Positions 59,723 to 64,000 of a stretch of DNA of 64,000 nucleotides are shown piece after piece. Numbering within the stretch: position 1 is the first letter of the stretch; every line of letters starts with the position of its first letter. Under the pieces are notes generated by a model, which was not told the origin of the DNA, did not search any database, and saw nothing but the letters and a program-made list of their open reading frames with translations. Source of the DNA: an uncultured Planctomycetota bacterium (GTDB lineage Bacteria; Planctomycetota; Planctomycetia; Isosphaerales; Isosphaeraceae); assembly GCA_963737655.1 (NCBI GenBank), contig CAVTTN010000002.1, positions 3,840,001 through 3,904,000 of the forward strand, read 5' to 3'. The position numbers and the translations under genes were made by a program.

Positions 59723-61384
59723 ATGGCCACCGAGACTTCGCCCGAGGCGTCTCCTCGTCGCAGGAACCGCTGGCTGACCCTCAGCCTCCGCGCCCTGATC
59801 CTGCTCGTGGTGCTCGCCGCCGGCGCGATGGGCTGGCTGGCGTATCGAATTCGGTCCAAACGGGTGGCGGTCGCGGGGATTGTGAAAGCCGGCGGCATCC
59901 TGCGTTACCGGTGGCAATCCCCCAACGGCAGGTTCGAACCCAAGGCCGCCCCGCCGGCTCGGAACTGGTATCGCGACCTCCTGGGACCAGAACTCTTCGA
60001 CGAGGTTGATGCCGTCAGCCTCACCGGACGAAACGCCATCGCCCTGCTTCCTCAAATCGCGCAATTCCCGAGCCTGAAGACCCTCTCGCTCTTCGACGCG
60101 GCGGTCTCCGACGCCGACCTGGCCGTGATCCAGGGATTGACCGAGCTGCGAATCCTCCACCTCGTCCGCGTCCAGGGACCGGGCAGCGTGTTGCGGTACC
60201 TCCGCGGGATGAGGCACATGGAGACGATCGACGCGAAGGGATTCTCCGCGACGGATGCGGACCTCGCCCACCTCGAAGGCCTTACGTCCCTGAGAAATCT
60301 CAGCCTCCACGCGCCGGGGGTGACCGACGCCGGACTCGCTCATCTCTCCCGGATGACCAACCTGAGCTTCCTGGACCTGGCCGATTCAAAGGTGACTTCG
60401 GCCGGGCTCGCTTCCTTGAAGGATTGCCCCAAGCTCTCGCACCTGGGACTCATGAATGCCCGAATCACTTCGCTCGGACGACTCGGCCCGCGCGATGCGA
60501 TGAAGACCCTCCTACTCGACGGCAATCCCATTGAAGATGACGGGATCGGCGAGTTTCCCGCGTTAATCACCCTTCGTATCCTCCACTCCAAGATGACCGA
60601 CAAGGGCGTCGAAAAGCTCGCCGGATTGCGGACCCTCCAGATGCTCGGCATCGGCGGACCCGGGATCACCGAGGCGGGGCTGGAGACTCTGGGTCAGATG
60701 CCGAAACTCGCCATGCTCCTGGTCGAAGACAGCAACGTCCGCGACCTTCGGCCCCTCCTGGCCCTCAAGCGACTCGGCACGCTCAGCCTGAAGGGTAACC
60801 CGATCGAGGACGAGGCGATTGTCTGCCTGGAGGGCCTGACGAACCTGAGGACCCTGGGACTCGGAGGGACCAGGGTCACCGATGCCGGACTCTCGCGCCT
60901 TCGCAACCTGAAATTGATGAGAAGCCTCGACCTCAGCGACACGCGGATCACCGACGCCGGCCTGGCGGAACTCGGCGGCCTGACGGCCTTGCAGATCCTC
61001 GCCCTGAACGACACCGCCATCACCGATCAAGGAATCCCCGCGCTCCGGCGACTGCCCCGGCTCGCCAACCTCCAGGTCAACAACACCAAGGTCTCGATCG
61101 GCGCCCTCGCGAAGCTTCCGCAGTCGAGGACGATGGCCCTCCTCCGAATGAATGGGACCGGGGTCTCCGACTCGGACATCGCCCAACTGGCAGCCTTCCC
61201 GAAGCTGGGGATGCTCTACCTCGAAGGGACGGCCCTCACCGATGCCTCCATCCCGGCCCTCACGAAGCTGGACCAACTCCAGGTGCTCAGGGTCCAGGGC
61301 ACGAAAATCTCCCCGGCCGGGATGGCGACGATCCAGGAGGCCCATCCCGGCCTCAGTTTGAACGTCGAGACCCAGGGCCCGTGA
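59723..61384 (+). CDS. Membrane-anchored leucine-rich repeat protein
   Basis: Many LxxLxLxxTx(V/I)TDAGL repeats after an N-terminal TM helix. Confidence 0.92.
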   Translation: MATETSPEASPRRRNRWLTLSLRALILLVVLAAGAMGWLAYRIRSKRVAVAGIVKAGGILRYRWQSPNGRFEPKAAPPARNWYRDLLGPELFDEVDAVSLTGRNAIALLPQIAQFPSLKTLSLFDAAVSDADLAVIQGLTELRILHLVRVQGPGSVLRYLRGMRHMETIDAKGFSATDADLAHLEGLTSLRNLSLHAPGVTDAGLAHLSRMTNLSFLDLADSKVTSAGLASLKDCPKLSHLGLMNARITSLGRLGPRDAMKTLLLDGNPIEDDGIGEFPALITLRILHSKMTDKGVEKLAGLRTLQMLGIGGPGITEAGLETLGQMPKLAMLLVEDSNVRDLRPLLALKRLGTLSLKGNPIEDEAIVCLEGLTNLRTLGLGGTRVTDAGLSRLRNLKLMRSLDLSDTRITDAGLAELGGLTALQILALNDTAITDQGIPALRRLPRLANLQVNNTKVSIGALAKLPQSRTMALLRMNGTGVSDSDIAQLAAFPKLGMLYLEGTALTDASIPALTKLDQLQVLRVQGTKISPAGMATIQEAHPGLSLNVETQGP

Positions 61385-61543
61385 TCGACATCAAAACGTC
61401 TCCGACGAAATTCGGATATTCCGTCCGGCCCGGCCGTTTTTTGCTTGATGGATTCGAGCGCGGATGTCAAAGTGCAGGACGAGAGGGGCGGACGGCTCCG
61501 AATTCCCTGGGAGCCGATCCCCGACGACGATGGAGGTCGGACC

Positions 61544-64000
61544 TTGCTCGCGATTCTCCCCCTCCTGCCCTTCCTCGTCACGGCCGACCCCGGGCCGGTG
61601 CGGGATCTTGAGGTCGAGCCGGCTCGCGTCCGGCTGATCGGCTCCGACGGCTCGGCCCAGCTCGTGGTGACCGGCCGGTTCGGCGGCGGCCCTCGCGATT
61701 TGACCCGCGAGGCCGTCTATGCGTGTTCCGATCCCGGCGTGGCGGAGGTCGGGGCCGACGGCTCCCTCCGGCCGAAGCGGGACGGCCAGGCTCTCGTCGT
61801 CGTCAAGGTCGGGGAGATCGAGCGATCGGTCGAGGTCGTCGTCGAGGACATGGCGAACTCCCGGCGCGTCGCGTTCTCCGCCGAGGTCGTGCCCATCTTC
61901 ACCCGTTATGGGTGTAACGCCGGCAACTGCCACGGGAAATCGACCGGCCAGAACGGCTTTCGGATGAGCCTGCTGGGATTCGATCCCAAGGCCGACTGGG
62001 AGGCGCTCGTCCGCGAGGGCCGGGGGCGGCGGATCGTGGCCGCGGCCCCGTCGGCCAGCCTTCTCCTGAGGAAATCGACCGCCAAGGTGCCCCACGGAGG
62101 CGGACGGAAGTTCGCCGAGGGGCTCGCCAGAATACCAGACCATCGCCCGATGGATCGCCCAGGGCGCCGAGTTCGACTCGGGCCGGGAGCCGAAGCTCGT
62201 CTCGATCGCCGCGAAGCCCGACCGCCGCCTCGTCCCCCAGGGAGGGCGGCAGCAGTTGCGGGTCGAGGCCACGTATGAAGATGGCACCACCGTCGACGTC
62301 ACCCGGCTCGCCCGCTACCAGTCGAACGCCCCGGACCTCGCCTCGGTCGAGGATCGCGGCGAGATCCAGGCCAGGGACGGCGTGGGCGAGGCGGCCGTGA
62401 TGGTCCGGTTCGGCGGGCTGGTGACCGTGGCTCGGGCCGTCGTCCCCCTGGCGCGCGAGGTGCCCGATTGGGAACCTCCGACGTCCCCGAACCCGATTGA
62501 TCCCCTGGTCTTCCGCAAGCTGAAGGAGCTGAACCTCTCGCCCAGCGGCCCCTGCACCGACGCCGAGTTCGCCCGGCGGTCCTCGCTGGACCTCTGCGGG
62601 ATGCTGCCCACCCCGGCCGACGTGGCCCGGTTCGAGGCGGATTCCGACCCGGAAAAGCGAACCAGGTGGGTCGATTCGCTCCTCAACCGGCCAGAATATG
62701 CCGATTACTTCGCGATGAAGTGGTCGGCGATCCTCCGCAACTCGCGAGGGTCCAATGTCTTCGGGCTGGGTTCCCAGGGGACCAGCTTCGCCTTCCACGC
62801 CTGGCTCCGCGAGGTGATCGCCGAGAACCGGCCGTATGACCAGATCGCCGCCGACCTGATCGCCGCGAAGGGCGACCCGGCCACCCAGCCCGCCGTCGCC
62901 TGGTATCGCACCCGCGACTTCATGGCGGATGAACAAAAGCAACTCAAGGAGCACGTGGACGACACGGCCCAGCTTTTCCTGGGGATGCGAGTCCAGTGCG
63001 CCCAGTGCCACCATCACCCGTTCGAAAAATGGAGCCAGGACGACTATTACGGCTTCGCCTCGTTCTTCGCCAGGATCGGCCGGAAGCAAGGCGCGGACGC
63101 CTTCTCGCCCCGGATCTTCGTCAAGACGAGCGGGCTCGCGAAGCACCCGGGCTCCGGCAAGGAATATCAGCCGAAAGCCCTGGACGGCCCCGAGTTCGGC
63201 GATCTGGGGCCTCGCGACGACCCCCGCGACCGCCTGGTCGAATGGCTCCGCAAGCCCGACAATCCGTTCTTCGCCCGGGCGCTGGTGAATCGCTACTGGA
63301 AGCACTTCTTCGGCCGGGGGCTGGTCGAACCCGAGGACGACATGAGGGCCTCGAACCCGCCCAGCAACCCCGAGCTCCTCGACGCCCTGGCCGATGACTT
63401 CGTCAAGAACGGTTTCGATCTGAAACATCTCGTTCGCCTGATCGCCACCAGCCGCGTTTATGCGCTGTCCAGCCTCCCGAACGAGTTCAACGCCGTCGAT
63501 CGCCAGAACTTCGCCCGGTTCTACCCAAGGCGGCTCTCGGCCGAAGTTTTGCTCGACGCCGTGGCGGACGTGACCGGCTCCCCGGAGAGCTTCGCGGGCG
63601 TCCCCCAGGGGTTCCGCGCCGTCCAGCTCCCGGACGAGGGGTTCAACTCCTCGTTCCTCGACATCTTCGGCCGTCCCAAACGGGAAAGTGTCTGCGAATG
63701 CGAAAGGACCAGCGAGGCGAACCTTTCGCAGAGGCTCCATCTCCTGAATTCCCAGGAGATTGAGTCCAAACTCGGCACGAATTCGGGGCGGGTCGCCGGC
63801 TGGGCCTCGGAGAAGGACGCCCGGACCGATTCGGAGAAGGTGGAGGAGCTGTACCGCCTCTGCCTCGCCCGTAAGCCGACCGACGATGAGCGCGAGGTCT
63901 GCCTCGCCCACGTGAAGAAGGCCCGGGAGGCCAAAACGACCCGCAAGGGGTTCGAGGACCTCCTGTGGACGCTCCTCAATACGAAAGAATTCCTCTTCAC
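61544..64000 (+). CDS. DUF1549/DUF1553 (PSD1) protein with Ig-like domains; frameshift at 62119-62122, runs off the window
   Basis: GCNAGNCHG, SLLLRK, HGGG; next frame SPEYQTIARWIAQGA, NPIDPLVF, QLFLGMRVQCAQCHHHPFEKW, VNRYWKHFFGRGLVEP. Confidence 0.9.

Noticed and set aside
1..64000. tRNA, rRNA, prophage or defence-system genes
   Set aside because: None recognised by eye; a covariance-model scan was not possible.

Overview
High-GC bacterial DNA with hallmark Planctomycetota gene families: DUF1559, DUF1549/DUF1553, a PVC-type CxxCH heme protein, a LEPR-XLL-type extracellular motif and several Hanks-type kinases. An Isosphaeraceae-like origin is an inference. Housekeeping genes (rsgA, thrC, trmL, rsmB-like, ribBA) are interspersed with signalling and surface proteins. 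The main accessory element is an ~18 kb minus-strand operon (24091-42009) encoding a Pfa/PUFA-synthase-like lipid or polyketide synthase. It consists of an ER-ER-KS-AT-ACP-KR protein, a KS(Cys->Ser)-AT-DH-degenerate PPTase protein, a free ACP, an alpha/beta hydrolase, an SDR, two paralogous zinc-ribbon methyltransferases, a MacB/LolCDE-type ABC transporter and a membrane protein. Flanking it are an exported protein, a probably inactive SppA-like lipoprotein and an extended-SDR reductase. The product cannot be read from sequence. A complete IS701-family element (13687-15587) carries a passenger ORF and sits in a 6-bp duplication that includes the thrC stop codon. Five apparent +1 frameshifts are probably assembly errors. 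All family assignments are by motif recognition; no searches were run.
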